The notes beneath the pieces were generated by a model. The model saw nothing but the letters and a program-made list of their open reading frames with translations, was not told the origin of the DNA and made no database searches. From positions 1 to 64,000 of the IMG/VR virus record IMGVR_UViG_3300014039_000019: a stretch of DNA of 64,000 nucleotides; one strand, 5' to 3'. How positions within the stretch are numbered: position 1 is the stretch's first letter; every line of letters starts with the position of its first letter. Positions 1-9,428 of the stretch are shown in pieces. Origin of the DNA: a virus. Taxonomy: Duplodnaviria > Caudoviricetes. The position numbers and the translations under genes were made by a program.

Positions 1-33
1 TAATAACTATGATTATTATTTTGAATATATGGA

Positions 34-297
34 TTGAAATTTAAAAGGAGTGATTTTATGGTTTTATTATTTGTAGATAGCAAATATGAATATTTTAAAG
101 AGTTAACAGGAGAACGTTGTTTCTTTAATTTTGATAAGGATGGAAGAATATTGTTACATTTCTTTAAAAGCGAAAAATATATTAAATTAAAAAAGAGTGG
201 AGACCTAGTATATACAGGAGAATATGCGGTTTTAAGAGACGAAGATAGCATATTTATACTTAAAGATGCAAATAGTAACAACTTAGAAGGAGAATAA
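34..297 (+). CDS. hypothetical phage protein (likely start ATG at 58)
   Basis: ORF; AGGAG RBS before ATG 58. Confidence 0.6.
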   Translation: MKFKRSDFMVLLFVDSKYEYFKELTGERCFFNFDKDGRILLHFFKSEKYIKLKKSGDLVYTGEYAVLRDEDSIFILKDANSNNLEGE

Positions 298-299
298 AT

Positions 300-638
300 A
301 TGTTTTATGATATAAGAAATATATTTTATGAAGCTACAGGAATAGATTTAAATGAATGGACTTTAGTTACAAAAATTAAAGCCAAAAGGATAAAAACACC
401 TCAAACTTCTTCACCATTTCCTTTAATAGAAATGACATTATGGACACATCCTATTCCAAAAGAAAGTATGGTTGTAATATGTGGCGAATTAGGTAGAATT
501 GCAAGGAGACTATTGGCAAACGATGGTATAAATTGTACGATTCATAAAAATATGAAAAATTATATTGCAATAAATGTTTCTTGGGAATCTAATGTAAGGT
601 TAGTTGAAATATTATACGAATTTGTTAAGAAAGGATGA
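300..638 (+). CDS. hypothetical phage protein
   Basis: ORF with AGGAG RBS, tightly packed in operon. Confidence 0.65.
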   Translation: MFYDIRNIFYEATGIDLNEWTLVTKIKAKRIKTPQTSSPFPLIEMTLWTHPIPKESMVVICGELGRIARRLLANDGINCTIHKNMKNYIAINVSWESNVRLVEILYEFVKKG

Positions 639-642
639 TTTT

Positions 643-1218
643 ATGAAAAAAATAATAATTTTATTAGGAGCATCTGCTACTGGTAAAGATACGATAGCAA
701 AACATATATGTAAAAAATATAATATCCCAATAGCCATATCTTATACTACAAGACCTATGAGGGAGAAAGAAACTCAAGGAGTAGAATATTACTTTATATC
801 TGACGAAGAAATGGATGAAAAATTTAAAAATGGAGAAGTAATTGAACATACTTCTTATTATATCCAATCAGAAAATGTAACCTATAGATATGCTAATGTC
901 GTAGAAGAATTTGAAAAAGGTGATTATGTATTAACTATATTAAATCCTCATGGATTGGCTCAATTTAAAAAATCTCAATATAAAAATAATCTAGTATCAA
1001 TTATGCTTGATTGTAATGATAGAACTAGGTTAATCAGAAGTTTGACTAGAGACGATAAAGTTAATGTAAAAGAAGTTTTAGATAGATATAAAAGAGATGA
1101 ATTAGATTTTGTAGAAAATAAACCTAACGTAAATTATGAAATTAGAACAGACAGACCTTTAGAGGAAGTCTTTAATAGTATAGATAAAATAATAAAAAAA
1201 ATATTAAAAGGAGAATAA
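643..1218 (+). CDS. gmk: guanylate kinase
   Basis: Walker A GASATGKDT; signature SYTTRPMRE..E..GVEYYF; start moved to ATG 643 after AAGGA. Confidence 0.9.
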   Translation: MKKIIILLGASATGKDTIAKHICKKYNIPIAISYTTRPMREKETQGVEYYFISDEEMDEKFKNGEVIEHTSYYIQSENVTYRYANVVEEFEKGDYVLTILNPHGLAQFKKSQYKNNLVSIMLDCNDRTRLIRSLTRDDKVNVKEVLDRYKRDELDFVENKPNVNYEIRTDRPLEEVFNSIDKIIKKILKGE

Positions 1219-1222
1219 CATT

Positions 1223-1549
1223 ATGGAAATAACAGTTTTAGTCACAATTCTTATAGTTATATGGGGAGCAATAAGTTTAATAAGCTTTTTTACAGGAAAA
1301 TATATAATAAATAAATCTTGTGAAGATAGAGAACTTATAGAAACGTTAATGAAAACAAAAAAAGGTAAAGACATATTAATAGCTTTTGGCAATACTTTTA
1401 GTGTGGCAATTACTTGCTTAATACCATTAGTACATATACTTCCTTTAATAGGATTTACATATAGCTTTATAATAATGAAAAAAAATTATGATTCTTATAG
1501 AAGTTTAGTTATAAGTGCCGTAAAAGAAATAGAAGAATGTAACGAGTAA
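1223..1549 (+). CDS. small membrane protein
   Basis: two hydrophobic segments; CLIPLVH resembles CFIPIYH of next gene (probable paralogues). Confidence 0.65.
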   Translation: MEITVLVTILIVIWGAISLISFFTGKYIINKSCEDRELIETLMKTKKGKDILIAFGNTFSVAITCLIPLVHILPLIGFTYSFIIMKKNYDSYRSLVISAVKEIEECNE

Positions 1550-1608
1550 TATGAAATGAGATTTATATATGTTTATTGATAACGTTAGATATTTGAAAGG
1601 AGAATAAT

Positions 1609-1956
1609 ATGATGAAAATAATAATTTTAATATATCTTTTAGTAACATTAATTTGTTTAATTTTAATAAAATTATTAAGTGTAAAATTGTCTAAAAATAA
1701 TTATTCTAAAGAGATATTTTCTATTTATTTTGATAGCGAAGAATTAATAAATGAAGCAACAAAAAGTATGAGAACGCCCTCTTTTAAAGAGATAATTAAA
1801 TGTTTTATACCTATATATCATTTTTATACTATGGTATTAGCTATATTAAGCCTTATATATGTGAATAAAGTTCCAAATGTAATCAGAGATATAGCAGAAG
1901 AATTAAGAAAGGAAGAAATTGCAAAAAAAATGGAGAAATATTATGGCAAAAAATAA
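1609..1956 (+). CDS. small membrane protein
   Basis: N-terminal TM, CFIPIYH plus second TM; AGGAG RBS. Confidence 0.65.
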   Translation: MMKIIILIYLLVTLICLILIKLLSVKLSKNNYSKEIFSIYFDSEELINEATKSMRTPSFKEIIKCFIPIYHFYTMVLAILSLIYVNKVPNVIRDIAEELRKEEIAKKMEKYYGKK

Positions 1957-2434
1957 TAACAAAATAGGGAAGAACTTTGAGATCAGGTTATCCAATAAAT
2001 TTAATGAATATAGAAAAAATAAATTAGCCTTTATATCTAAAGTACCTACTGATTGGGTAGTTATTAGAGGAGTAAAAGGCAAGATTGCTACGGCTTACCC
2101 TAGAGGTAAGTCGGAGTTCTTAGATTACTGTGGTTGTTTAAAAGATGGAGAAATAATATTTGTTGAAGCCAAAAGTTGTAACAATAACACCTCCTTCCCC
2201 TTGTCTAATATAAAACCTTATCAATTTGAATTAATAGAAGAATATTTAAACTATACAGATAAAGTTTATATGGTTGTGGAAATGAGACAGACAAATGAAA
2301 CTTTTTTATTTAAAGCTCAATTACTTTTAAATTTTGAAGAAACTTATAATAGAAAAAGTATTCCTTTAAAATGGTTACAAGATAACTGTATTAAGGTTGA
2401 TGATTTAGATATTTTAAAATATATAAAGGAGTAA
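1943..2434 (+). CDS. recU: Holliday junction resolvase RecU
   Basis: GxxFE, KVPT, DYxG, VEAKS, FPLSNIKPYQ motifs; start at ATG 1943 after GGAG. Confidence 0.9.
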   Translation: MAKNNNKIGKNFEIRLSNKFNEYRKNKLAFISKVPTDWVVIRGVKGKIATAYPRGKSEFLDYCGCLKDGEIIFVEAKSCNNNTSFPLSNIKPYQFELIEEYLNYTDKVYMVVEMRQTNETFLFKAQLLLNFEETYNRKSIPLKWLQDNCIKVDDLDILKYIKE

Positions 2435-2437
2435 AAT

Positions 2438-2674
2438 ATGCTTGAATTAAGATTAAAATTAAGAGTTACAAAAATTAAAAAGAAAACACAAGCAAGAGTT
2501 TTTAAAGATTTAAAAATAGGTGATGAAATTCTTTTATCTTCTACACTTGATAATTATGCAGGTTATCAAAAAATGTTAAAAGTAAAGAATCTCGTTACTG
2601 GAGAAGAAGATTTTAAATATTTTACTATTATAAGTAACATACTCGATAAATTTGAATTTGAAGAAATTTCATAA
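2438..2674 (+). CDS. hypothetical protein
   Basis: ORF with AGGAG RBS. Confidence 0.65.
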   Translation: MLELRLKLRVTKIKKKTQARVFKDLKIGDEILLSSTLDNYAGYQKMLKVKNLVTGEEDFKYFTIISNILDKFEFEEIS

Positions 2675-2680
2675 AAATAC

Positions 2681-2709
2681 TTGACAACAATATTATATTA
2701 TGATATAAT
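2681..2709 (+). promoter_or_regulatory. sigma-A promoter, perfect consensus with extended -10
   Basis: TTGACA-17 nt-TATAAT with TG at -15/-14, A-rich upstream. Confidence 0.85.
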
Positions 2710-2734
2710 ATAAATATAGAAAGGAGTGATAGAT

Positions 2735-2893
2735 ATGAAATGGTGTAATTATTTCAATTGTTGGTTTGATGATTTATTTGATATATATGATGAAGAGGTA
2801 ATCTTTAATGAATGTAGTGATAATATATTTATTGATGGATTTGGAGAATGCTTAGATTGTGATGGTTGTCAATATTGCGAAGATATAGATTAA
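2735..2893 (+). CDS. 52-aa acidic Cys-rich protein (not in ORF track)
   Basis: AAGGAG RBS; MKWCNYFNCWFDDLFDIYDEEVIFNECSDNIFIDGFGECLDCDGCQYCEDID. Confidence 0.75.
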   Translation: MKWCNYFNCWFDDLFDIYDEEVIFNECSDNIFIDGFGECLDCDGCQYCEDID

Positions 2894-2894
2894 T

Positions 2895-3140
2895 ATGAAT
2901 GTATATTGGTCACTTACGGAATTAAAAGAATATTGTGAAAATTCTAAATGTAGTGATTGTGAAATATTGGATGCTTTAAATATCTGTTTGAAGGCTAAAG
3001 AATGGAATGTAAATACTAAAAGTTGTGGATTTTGTAAGTATTATGATTCCTCTAAGCCTTCAGGACGGGTATGTATTAAAAGAAAGTGTAGAAGTTTCCA
3101 TTCAGTATCTTGCAATTTATATGAGGAGGTGAATAAATGA
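2895..3140 (+). CDS. Cys-rich (Zn-binding) hypothetical protein
   Basis: CxxxxCxxC and CxxC clusters. Confidence 0.65.
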   Translation: MNVYWSLTELKEYCENSKCSDCEILDALNICLKAKEWNVNTKSCGFCKYYDSSKPSGRVCIKRKCRSFHSVSCNLYEEVNK

Positions 3141-3559
3141 GCAAGTTTATAATGCTTGTAGGGTTGCCCCGTACTGGTAAATCAAGCTATGCCAAACAAT
3201 ATTTGTGGAATAATAATGATACAATAATTGTTTCTTATGACATTTTAGAAATACAAGAATATGGATATTTAAAAAGATTGACTGATAATAAATCTAATTT
3301 TATAGTTAATAAAGCAAAACAGCAAATAGTGGAAAATTTAAATAAAGGTCATACTGTTATTTATGATGAATCAAATATCACTAAAAAGGGTAGAGTAGAT
3401 ATAATTTCTTATGTAAAAGAAAATGTTAAAAATATTGAAATTAATTGCGTTTATTTTAAGAAAAAATTCCCGTCATCACATTTTATATTTAATGGGTTCG
3501 AAAATTTTGAACCGCCGCATATATCAGAGGGGTTTGATAATATTGAAAGGAGAGGGTAA
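3137..3559 (+). CDS. AAA/P-loop kinase (polynucleotide-kinase-like)
   Basis: MLVGLPRTGKSS, IVSYD, VIYDESN, FEPP...EGFD. Confidence 0.8.
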   Translation: MSKFIMLVGLPRTGKSSYAKQYLWNNNDTIIVSYDILEIQEYGYLKRLTDNKSNFIVNKAKQQIVENLNKGHTVIYDESNITKKGRVDIISYVKENVKNIEINCVYFKKKFPSSHFIFNGFENFEPPHISEGFDNIERRG

Positions 3560-3560
3560 T

Positions 3561-3776
3561 ATGGAAATAAAAATTCTTCAAGTAGGAGACAAGGTTAAAA
3601 TAGCAGAGGATTTATCTAATAAGTATACGGATGTAGCAGATGGTATGATTCAATACGCAGGTCGTGTTGCTACTATAACAAAATTATGTGCCAAATACGA
3701 CCCAATAAACTTTAAATTAGATATAGATAATGGAAGATATTTTTGGTATCCTGATGCAATGACTTTGGCAAAATAA
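3561..3776 (+). CDS. small KOW/SH3-like phage protein
   Basis: QVGDKVKI...M..YAG...TI...LDID; start at ATG 3561 after GGAG. Confidence 0.65.
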   Translation: MEIKILQVGDKVKIAEDLSNKYTDVADGMIQYAGRVATITKLCAKYDPINFKLDIDNGRYFWYPDAMTLAK

Positions 3777-3792
3777 TTTAAGGAGAAAATAT

Positions 3793-4380
3793 ATGAATAG
3801 ATTTGAATTTGATGATTATGATTATATATCAAAATTTAAAAAAAAATTTTTTAAAGAGCAATTAGATCAGCATAAAAATAATTTAGAATGGAGTGGTAAT
3901 ATGGATATAAAAATAAAATATTTTGAAGGAGCAAAAGAATTAGAAATAAATCCTAAAGGAAATATGATAGATGTATATTCAAATGAAAATATATTTATCC
4001 CTCAATTTGAAATGGAATTAGTTCGTCTAGGATTTGCTATGGAATTACCTAAAGGTAAAATAGCTAAATTACATCCTAGAAGCAGCACATTTAAAACTTG
4101 GGGTTGTATGTTGGCAAATAGTGTTGGAATTATAGATGAAACATATTGTGGAGATAATGATGAATGGTTAGCACCTCTTGTATGTATTAACCCTAAAGAT
4201 GAAGTTTCCGTACCTGTTGACGAATTTTATTCTAAAAAACAATATGGTACATTTATAAGAAAAGGAGATAAAATATGCCAGTTTGAAATTACCGATGCTA
4301 TGGAGATGCCTACATTTATAAAAGTAGATACTTTAGGTAACAAAGATAGACAAGGTATAGGTAGTACAGGCACTAAATAA
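3793..4380 (+). CDS. dut: trimeric dUTPase (second possible start at 3901)
   Basis: PRSS, GIIDETYCG, GDKICQF, RQGIGSTG motifs. Confidence 0.92.
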   Translation: MNRFEFDDYDYISKFKKKFFKEQLDQHKNNLEWSGNMDIKIKYFEGAKELEINPKGNMIDVYSNENIFIPQFEMELVRLGFAMELPKGKIAKLHPRSSTFKTWGCMLANSVGIIDETYCGDNDEWLAPLVCINPKDEVSVPVDEFYSKKQYGTFIRKGDKICQFEITDAMEMPTFIKVDTLGNKDRQGIGSTGTK

Positions 4381-4381
4381 T

Positions 4382-4588
4382 ATGACTAAAAAACAATTAT
4401 ATATATTACATGAATTAGTTATTAAAGAATTAAGAGAGATAAATCAAGAAGAACACTTTGTAAGTTCTAATGGAAATATATCTGATTCTGAATATTTTAG
4501 AATGAAAATAAATGAAGATTCATATAAAGAATTACTTATTCTTAAAGAATTATTAGAAGAACAATTTAAAAATTATAAGCAGGAGTAA
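4382..4588 (+). CDS. hypothetical protein
   Basis: ORF in operon. Confidence 0.55.
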   Translation: MTKKQLYILHELVIKELREINQEEHFVSSNGNISDSEYFRMKINEDSYKELLILKELLEEQFKNYKQE

Positions 4589-4591
4589 AAT

Positions 4592-4798
4592 ATGAAAAAT
4601 AAAATACTTGAATTTGTAAAAAATTTATTGGTTGGTATTATATTCTCAGCTTTGCTTACTTTATTAGGGGTATTTGTATGCAATACCTCATTAGGAATAA
4701 TAATATTATTAATAGTATTATTATTCATATTCTGCTATGCCGTAGGATATTTAATAAGAATATTAATTAAATATTATAAAGAATATAAACAGGAGTGA
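4592..4798 (+). CDS. two-TM membrane protein
   Basis: two hydrophobic helices, RBS. Confidence 0.65.
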   Translation: MKNKILEFVKNLLVGIIFSALLTLLGVFVCNTSLGIIILLIVLLFIFCYAVGYLIRILIKYYKEYKQE

Positions 4799-4801
4799 AA
4801 T

Positions 4802-5155
4802 ATGAGAAAACTAAAACTTTTAACAAAATATAAACATTTTAAAGAAAAAGAGTATATGGTATTAGGAGTATCAACTCCAATATCGGAAGAATTTTCTTTT
4901 GCGATTGTTGCGGACCAAATCATGCCCGTAATACATACAGAAAAAGAAAGTTTTATAAATGTACTTATTACAACAGATTATAAAGATACAATGTATAGAC
5001 ATTTTAAAAGTGATTGGGACGGTAATTTAGTAATATACATGGCTTTATATGATGATTTCAAAATCTATGTTAGACCATATGATATGTTTATGAGTCTTGT
5101 AGATAAAGAAAAATATCCAAATATAAAACAAAAATATAGATTTGAAGAGATTTAG
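4802..5155 (+). CDS. DUF1653-like protein
   Basis: YKHFK..Y.V, VIYMALY, YVRPYDMFMS.VDKEKYP...QKYRFE. Confidence 0.8.
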   Translation: MRKLKLLTKYKHFKEKEYMVLGVSTPISEEFSFAIVADQIMPVIHTEKESFINVLITTDYKDTMYRHFKSDWDGNLVIYMALYDDFKIYVRPYDMFMSLVDKEKYPNIKQKYRFEEI

Positions 5156-5167
5156 TAGGAGGTAATT

Positions 5168-5527
5168 ATGGGCGATGAAATAATTAAAGTATTAAATCAT
5201 TTAGGAGATAAATTTGGCATTGCTATAGACTGGAGTTCGACAAATGTCTTACCATATCTCCAAGACTTAATGAATAGAATTGCTAAATACGAAATATATA
5301 CAAGTATTGCATATATTCTTCTATTCGTTATAGTATCAATAATATTATATTTAACTGTAAAATTTGTGAAACAAGAGGATATAGCGGCTCTTGCTCCAAT
5401 AGCTTTATGTATTTGGTTAGCTATTTCAGGAATAGGTATTTTTGTTGAAGTTATGGATATTATAGAAGTAACTACTATACCTGAGAAATACGTTATAGAT
5501 ATGATAAAATATGAAACACAAGAGTAG
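5168..5527 (+). CDS. phage membrane protein
   Basis: KFGIAIDW...LPYLQ N-terminus, two TMs; AGGAGG RBS. Confidence 0.7.
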   Translation: MGDEIIKVLNHLGDKFGIAIDWSSTNVLPYLQDLMNRIAKYEIYTSIAYILLFVIVSIILYLTVKFVKQEDIAALAPIALCIWLAISGIGIFVEVMDIIEVTTIPEKYVIDMIKYETQE

Positions 5528-5536
5528 GAGAATTAT

Positions 5537-5821
5537 ATGGAATTCAAAATAGGCGAGACTTATGGTGATAGTACCAGTTTATATTTTATATATTTAGATA
5601 AAACATATACTATAGGTGAATTTATTGATCAGGTACTTAAAGAAAGACCTAATGAATGGGGTTACATAAAAGTATTAGGAATAATAGAAAAATGTGAATA
5701 TTCTAAAGGTAAATTATTAGATAATAAATTCACATCTAAAATATTATCTAAAAAGATAAAATATGTAGATGGTCATGGTGGATATGGATTAATGGATTAT
5801 ATTATTAAAATAGAAGAATAG
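5537..5821 (+). CDS. hypothetical protein
   Basis: ORF with RBS. Confidence 0.65.
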   Translation: MEFKIGETYGDSTSLYFIYLDKTYTIGEFIDQVLKERPNEWGYIKVLGIIEKCEYSKGKLLDNKFTSKILSKKIKYVDGHGGYGLMDYIIKIEE

Positions 5822-5833
5822 GAGAATAATAAA

Positions 5834-6088
5834 ATGAAAAAAATATTAAGAGAATACGAAAATATGAGATTTAGTATTTATAGCGATATATCAGATATAG
5901 ATGCTTATAGACAAAATTATGAGGCAATTAAAAAATATTTTAATAAAGAAATATCTTTTGAGAAATTTTATTCTTTAATAGATGGATGCCCTCCGAATTG
6001 TTGTTATTGGTGTAATGATATTTGTGATGATTGCGATGTTAAAGGAGATTGTGAAGAATGTTGGAAGAGAGCATTGAAACAAGAATAG
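5834..6088 (+). CDS. Cys-rich hypothetical protein
   Basis: CP...C..C...C..CW cluster. Confidence 0.65.
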   Translation: MKKILREYENMRFSIYSDISDIDAYRQNYEAIKKYFNKEISFEKFYSLIDGCPPNCCYWCNDICDDCDVKGDCEECWKRALKQE

Positions 6089-6141
6089 ATATAAAAAAGT
6101 TGACAATATTATTAAAATTATTAAAATTTTGTTAAATTGGA

Positions 6142-6169
6142 ATATTTTTGATACCGTTTTGCATATGCT
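6142..6169 (+). promoter_or_regulatory. possible mother-cell sporulation (sigma-E/K-type) promoter
   Basis: ATA-17 nt-CATATGCT. Confidence 0.35.
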
Positions 6170-6304
6170 ATGATATATGTAGCATATATGTAATAGCTAT
6201 AAAATAGCTAACTGGAATATATGCGGAATGTTCATATCGAATATAGCAATTTGGGTAGGATATGGGCATTTTTAAAAAGTATATAAAAGTATATAAAATT
6301 ATAC

Positions 6305-6343
6305 AAAAAAGGAATAAGAGCCGAGGTTTTGGCTCTTATTTTG
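6305..6343. terminator. bidirectional intrinsic terminator
   Basis: AATAAGAGCC(G)..(T)GGCTCTTATT stem, A-run left and T-run right, between convergent units. Confidence 0.8.
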
Positions 6344-6440
6344 GGTTAAAAAGGTTTATATAGATATAACGCATTTTTATAGAAAATGGTCAATGGCTAA
6401 TCAAACTATCTATATAAACCATATACAAATTTAAAACACT
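6305..6440 (-). ncRNA. candidate small RNA
   Basis: own promoter (6446-6474), 14-bp perfect inverted repeat 6353-6366/6407-6420, terminator, no credible ORF. Confidence 0.5.
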
Positions 6441-6445
6441 CTTAT

Positions 6446-6474
6446 ATAATACATTAAAATCCAAATTTTGTCAA
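6446..6474 (-). promoter_or_regulatory. sigma-A promoter
   Basis: TTGACA-17 nt-TATTAT with TG extension. Confidence 0.7.
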
Positions 6475-6477
6475 TAA

Positions 6478-8730
6478 TTATTTTGGTAATTTTACGATAA
6501 AAGAAGAATATCCTTTCTCTTCATTCCTAACCAAACATAATGCATGAAATCGCTTCAAATTAAGCATATCCGTCTCTGTATACCCTTCCTTATAGAATAA
6601 TCCTTTTAATTCTTCAAAACACTTTATATCCGCTCCTGCAAGAAGAATAAAACTACAACCGCTGCTTAAAATCGCATCTTTACATTTTCTATTACATTGA
6701 TTAAGGAAATGTAAACTTATTGTAGGTATAAAAGAATATTTTCTACATTCAGTTAATATATCTTGAAGAATTGTTTGTGCTGTTGGGAATAAGTTAATTT
6801 CATCAAAGAATATTTCTGTTCTAGTATTTGAGCTGATCTGTTTTGATAACCATACTTTACTTAAATAAAATGTGGCAATTAAATCTCTAATATTTCTATT
6901 AGTAAAATCCTCTTCCCTAGCCTTTATTAATATAACTTTATTTTCATTTAATGCTTCTACGAAATTTATATTCTCTTCTGCCGATTTATTAAAAGCCAAT
7001 TTAGTATATAAATTAGTTTTTAATAAGCTCACTCTATCTATTATACCGTCAATCTTACTATCGTAGTTCTCCACTTCTCCATTTTTATTTTCTTTATCTA
7101 ATTCATTTAAATCATTTATTTCATCCTCAAGTAATTTTTTTTGACCCTCTGAAAGCCATTCTAAAGCATTTCTTCTTACATCAGGGTACATAAGTATGCC
7201 TATTACATCTTTAAAACTGGCATTGAAATCTTTATAAAAGGCTACCGTACAAGCAGAATAAAAATATCTCAACATTCTAGGAGTTAATTTAGTATCTGCG
7301 TTAATAGTATTTAATAAGATGTGTAATTGTGTAGCTTTTTCCATACATTTAGCTAATTTTCTATACTTATCCTCATTATCATTACAGGTTAATTCATTAA
7401 AGCAAAAACCTTGTAATTGATTATAATCACTACAATCAATTTCTATAAGTTTATCTTTAGGAGTTACCTTTTTTATGGTTTCTGATAGATTGCAGTCTCG
7501 AATAGTATCTAACACTACTAGACCATCTCCTTTAGCTATTATAGATTTAGCGAGATTCATCATGTAATAAGTTTTACCACAGCCCATTCCGCCCATCAGA
7601 ACTCTTCCTAGACGACTTAATTCTTTATCTGTAGAATAATAAATAGGCTTATTTTTTAAAGATGTTCCTATAAGAATATCTCCATTAGATAAACATTTTG
7701 GGAATTCTTTATTGTATACACTATTATGTTCTATATTTGGGAATTGTTGAATTAATTCTTCTCCCGGAAGAGCAATAAAATTGCTACATTCATACACAGA
7801 TGTATTTAATTGATTCACATTACTTAACACAGGTTTTAAAATATCCACTTCTTTCTTTACCCTTCTATATATAAATTCATTATCATCTTTTACTTCCCCA
7901 TAAGAATTTACAATAGCATCTGCTATAATTTTATCTCTTCTTTTACTTCCCCCTTTTGTAGAAATTAAAATTTGAGTTTTACACAAGTCACTCATTCCCT
8001 TCTTTAAAGTGTTATTGCTTAAAGAATCAAAATTAACAACTCTTTCGGATTTGTCTTGTTTTACTCCAAACATTAAATCTAAAGTCGAATTAAAGAAATC
8101 TACAGTAAAATCCAATATTTTAATAATAATATTTACCATCTTATTTGAAGTATATTTTACAGAAGTGTTTTTATATTCTTTTATAAATTTTTGACAAGAT
8201 GCCCTAAAATAGTTTGATTGTTTTTCTGATACTGGAATAAAGTTATAAAGTATGCTTGCTTCTTCTTCGTCTTGAAGTAATTCAACTATATTCATATTTG
8301 CGTTTAACAAATCATTGTTTCTCATGTCTGTATTACTAGATAAGAAATCCCTATTTTTATAAACGAGTTGATATTTAGATCCGCCTTTTATTATAGGTAA
8401 ACTATTGACTTCTTTTATCTCTACGGATTTCCATACTTCTTTAAATTTAACTTTAAATTTAGAGTAGAATAATTTAGGTACGATAAAATAAAAATTGATT
8501 TTATCATTTGTGATGTGTATATAGTAGCTTGCTTTGAATTGTGTTTTTATAATAACTTTTTTATTTTCGATTTGTATAAGTTTATTTATATTAACAAACA
8601 TTTTGTTAACAAGATATAGAATAGTAAACGTTCTATTGTTTCTGATTGATTTTGTTGGGATTAACTTTAAATATATATATTCTTGATTTTTAATTTCAAA
8701 ATACTTAGAGATAGGAATACTCTTACGCAT
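6478..8730 (-). CDS. HerA/VirB4/TraG-like P-loop ATPase
   Basis: Walker A GGMGCGKT, LVVLD, Walker B IFFDE, ECRKY; 750 aa. Confidence 0.8.
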   Translation of the reverse strand: MRKSIPISKYFEIKNQEYIYLKLIPTKSIRNNRTFTILYLVNKMFVNINKLIQIENKKVIIKTQFKASYYIHITNDKINFYFIVPKLFYSKFKVKFKEVWKSVEIKEVNSLPIIKGGSKYQLVYKNRDFLSSNTDMRNNDLLNANMNIVELLQDEEEASILYNFIPVSEKQSNYFRASCQKFIKEYKNTSVKYTSNKMVNIIIKILDFTVDFFNSTLDLMFGVKQDKSERVVNFDSLSNNTLKKGMSDLCKTQILISTKGGSKRRDKIIADAIVNSYGEVKDDNEFIYRRVKKEVDILKPVLSNVNQLNTSVYECSNFIALPGEELIQQFPNIEHNSVYNKEFPKCLSNGDILIGTSLKNKPIYYSTDKELSRLGRVLMGGMGCGKTYYMMNLAKSIIAKGDGLVVLDTIRDCNLSETIKKVTPKDKLIEIDCSDYNQLQGFCFNELTCNDNEDKYRKLAKCMEKATQLHILLNTINADTKLTPRMLRYFYSACTVAFYKDFNASFKDVIGILMYPDVRRNALEWLSEGQKKLLEDEINDLNELDKENKNGEVENYDSKIDGIIDRVSLLKTNLYTKLAFNKSAEENINFVEALNENKVILIKAREEDFTNRNIRDLIATFYLSKVWLSKQISSNTRTEIFFDEINLFPTAQTILQDILTECRKYSFIPTISLHFLNQCNRKCKDAILSSGCSFILLAGADIKCFEELKGLFYKEGYTETDMLNLKRFHALCLVRNEEKGYSSFIVKLPK

Positions 8731-8974
8731 TTGTTAATGCTCCTATGATAATGTTTAAAATTATATATATACAAGGTAACATAAATGCCCAACGTTTTCC
8801 TTTTTCATAGCCGAATACATATAGTATAAGTGCAATAAATCCCGCTATTAAACATACGTTAAGTGAATATTCTTGTATAGCTATTAATAATTTATAGCCA
8901 GTTTCTTGTAAAAAATCTATCGGATGTAAAAAATTATCTAAAATATCTATTAATCTATCTAATTTATCTCCCAT
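8723..8974 (-). CDS. small membrane protein (pilin/VirB2-3-like)
   Basis: two C-terminal TMs; overlaps ATPase start. Confidence 0.65.
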   Translation of the reverse strand: MGDKLDRLIDILDNFLHPIDFLQETGYKLLIAIQEYSLNVCLIAGFIALILYVFGYEKGKRWAFMLPCIYIILNIIIGALTNA

Positions 8975-8986
8975 AATATACCCTCC

Positions 8987-9367
8987 TTATAATTTAATCA
9001 TTGTGAATAATTTTGGGTAGAATGATAAAAGTATATAAATTAAAAAATATTGGATACCTGAGTTTGTAGCTTGACGGAAATTAGCTCCTTGAAGTGCATT
9101 TTCTATTATACTTTTTATACCCATACACATACAGCCATATCGAGCAAATATCATTAATAAATTTAATATTTGTGTTGCTGTATTAGATATTTCCATTTCC
9201 GTAGTAGCGCCATAACAAAATAATCCTTTGTGCATTAATATAGCTATTAATATAACTAATCTTTTGTATTCCTTTTTGTTTTTCTTTAAGATATTTAAAC
9301 ATTTTTCTATAGTAGAATATTCATTATCTATCATTTGTCTGTATTCCTTAAAAGTATAAGATTTCAT
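8987..9367 (-). CDS. membrane protein (TrbC/VirB2 pilin-like)
   Basis: signal-like hydrophobic segment then two TM helices. Confidence 0.6.
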   Translation of the reverse strand: MKSYTFKEYRQMIDNEYSTIEKCLNILKKNKKEYKRLVILIAILMHKGLFCYGATTEMEISNTATQILNLLMIFARYGCMCMGIKSIIENALQGANFRQATNSGIQYFLIYILLSFYPKLFTMIKL

Positions 9368-9396
9368 GTATAAATTCCCCCTTTTAGACGATACTA
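9368..9396 (+). promoter_or_regulatory. possible forespore (sigma-F/G-type) promoter
   Basis: GTATA-17 nt-GATACTA upstream of 21-aa ORF. Confidence 0.4.
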
Positions 9397-9428
9397 ATAA
9401 TAAATTATGAATAACCGAGGTGATTAAT

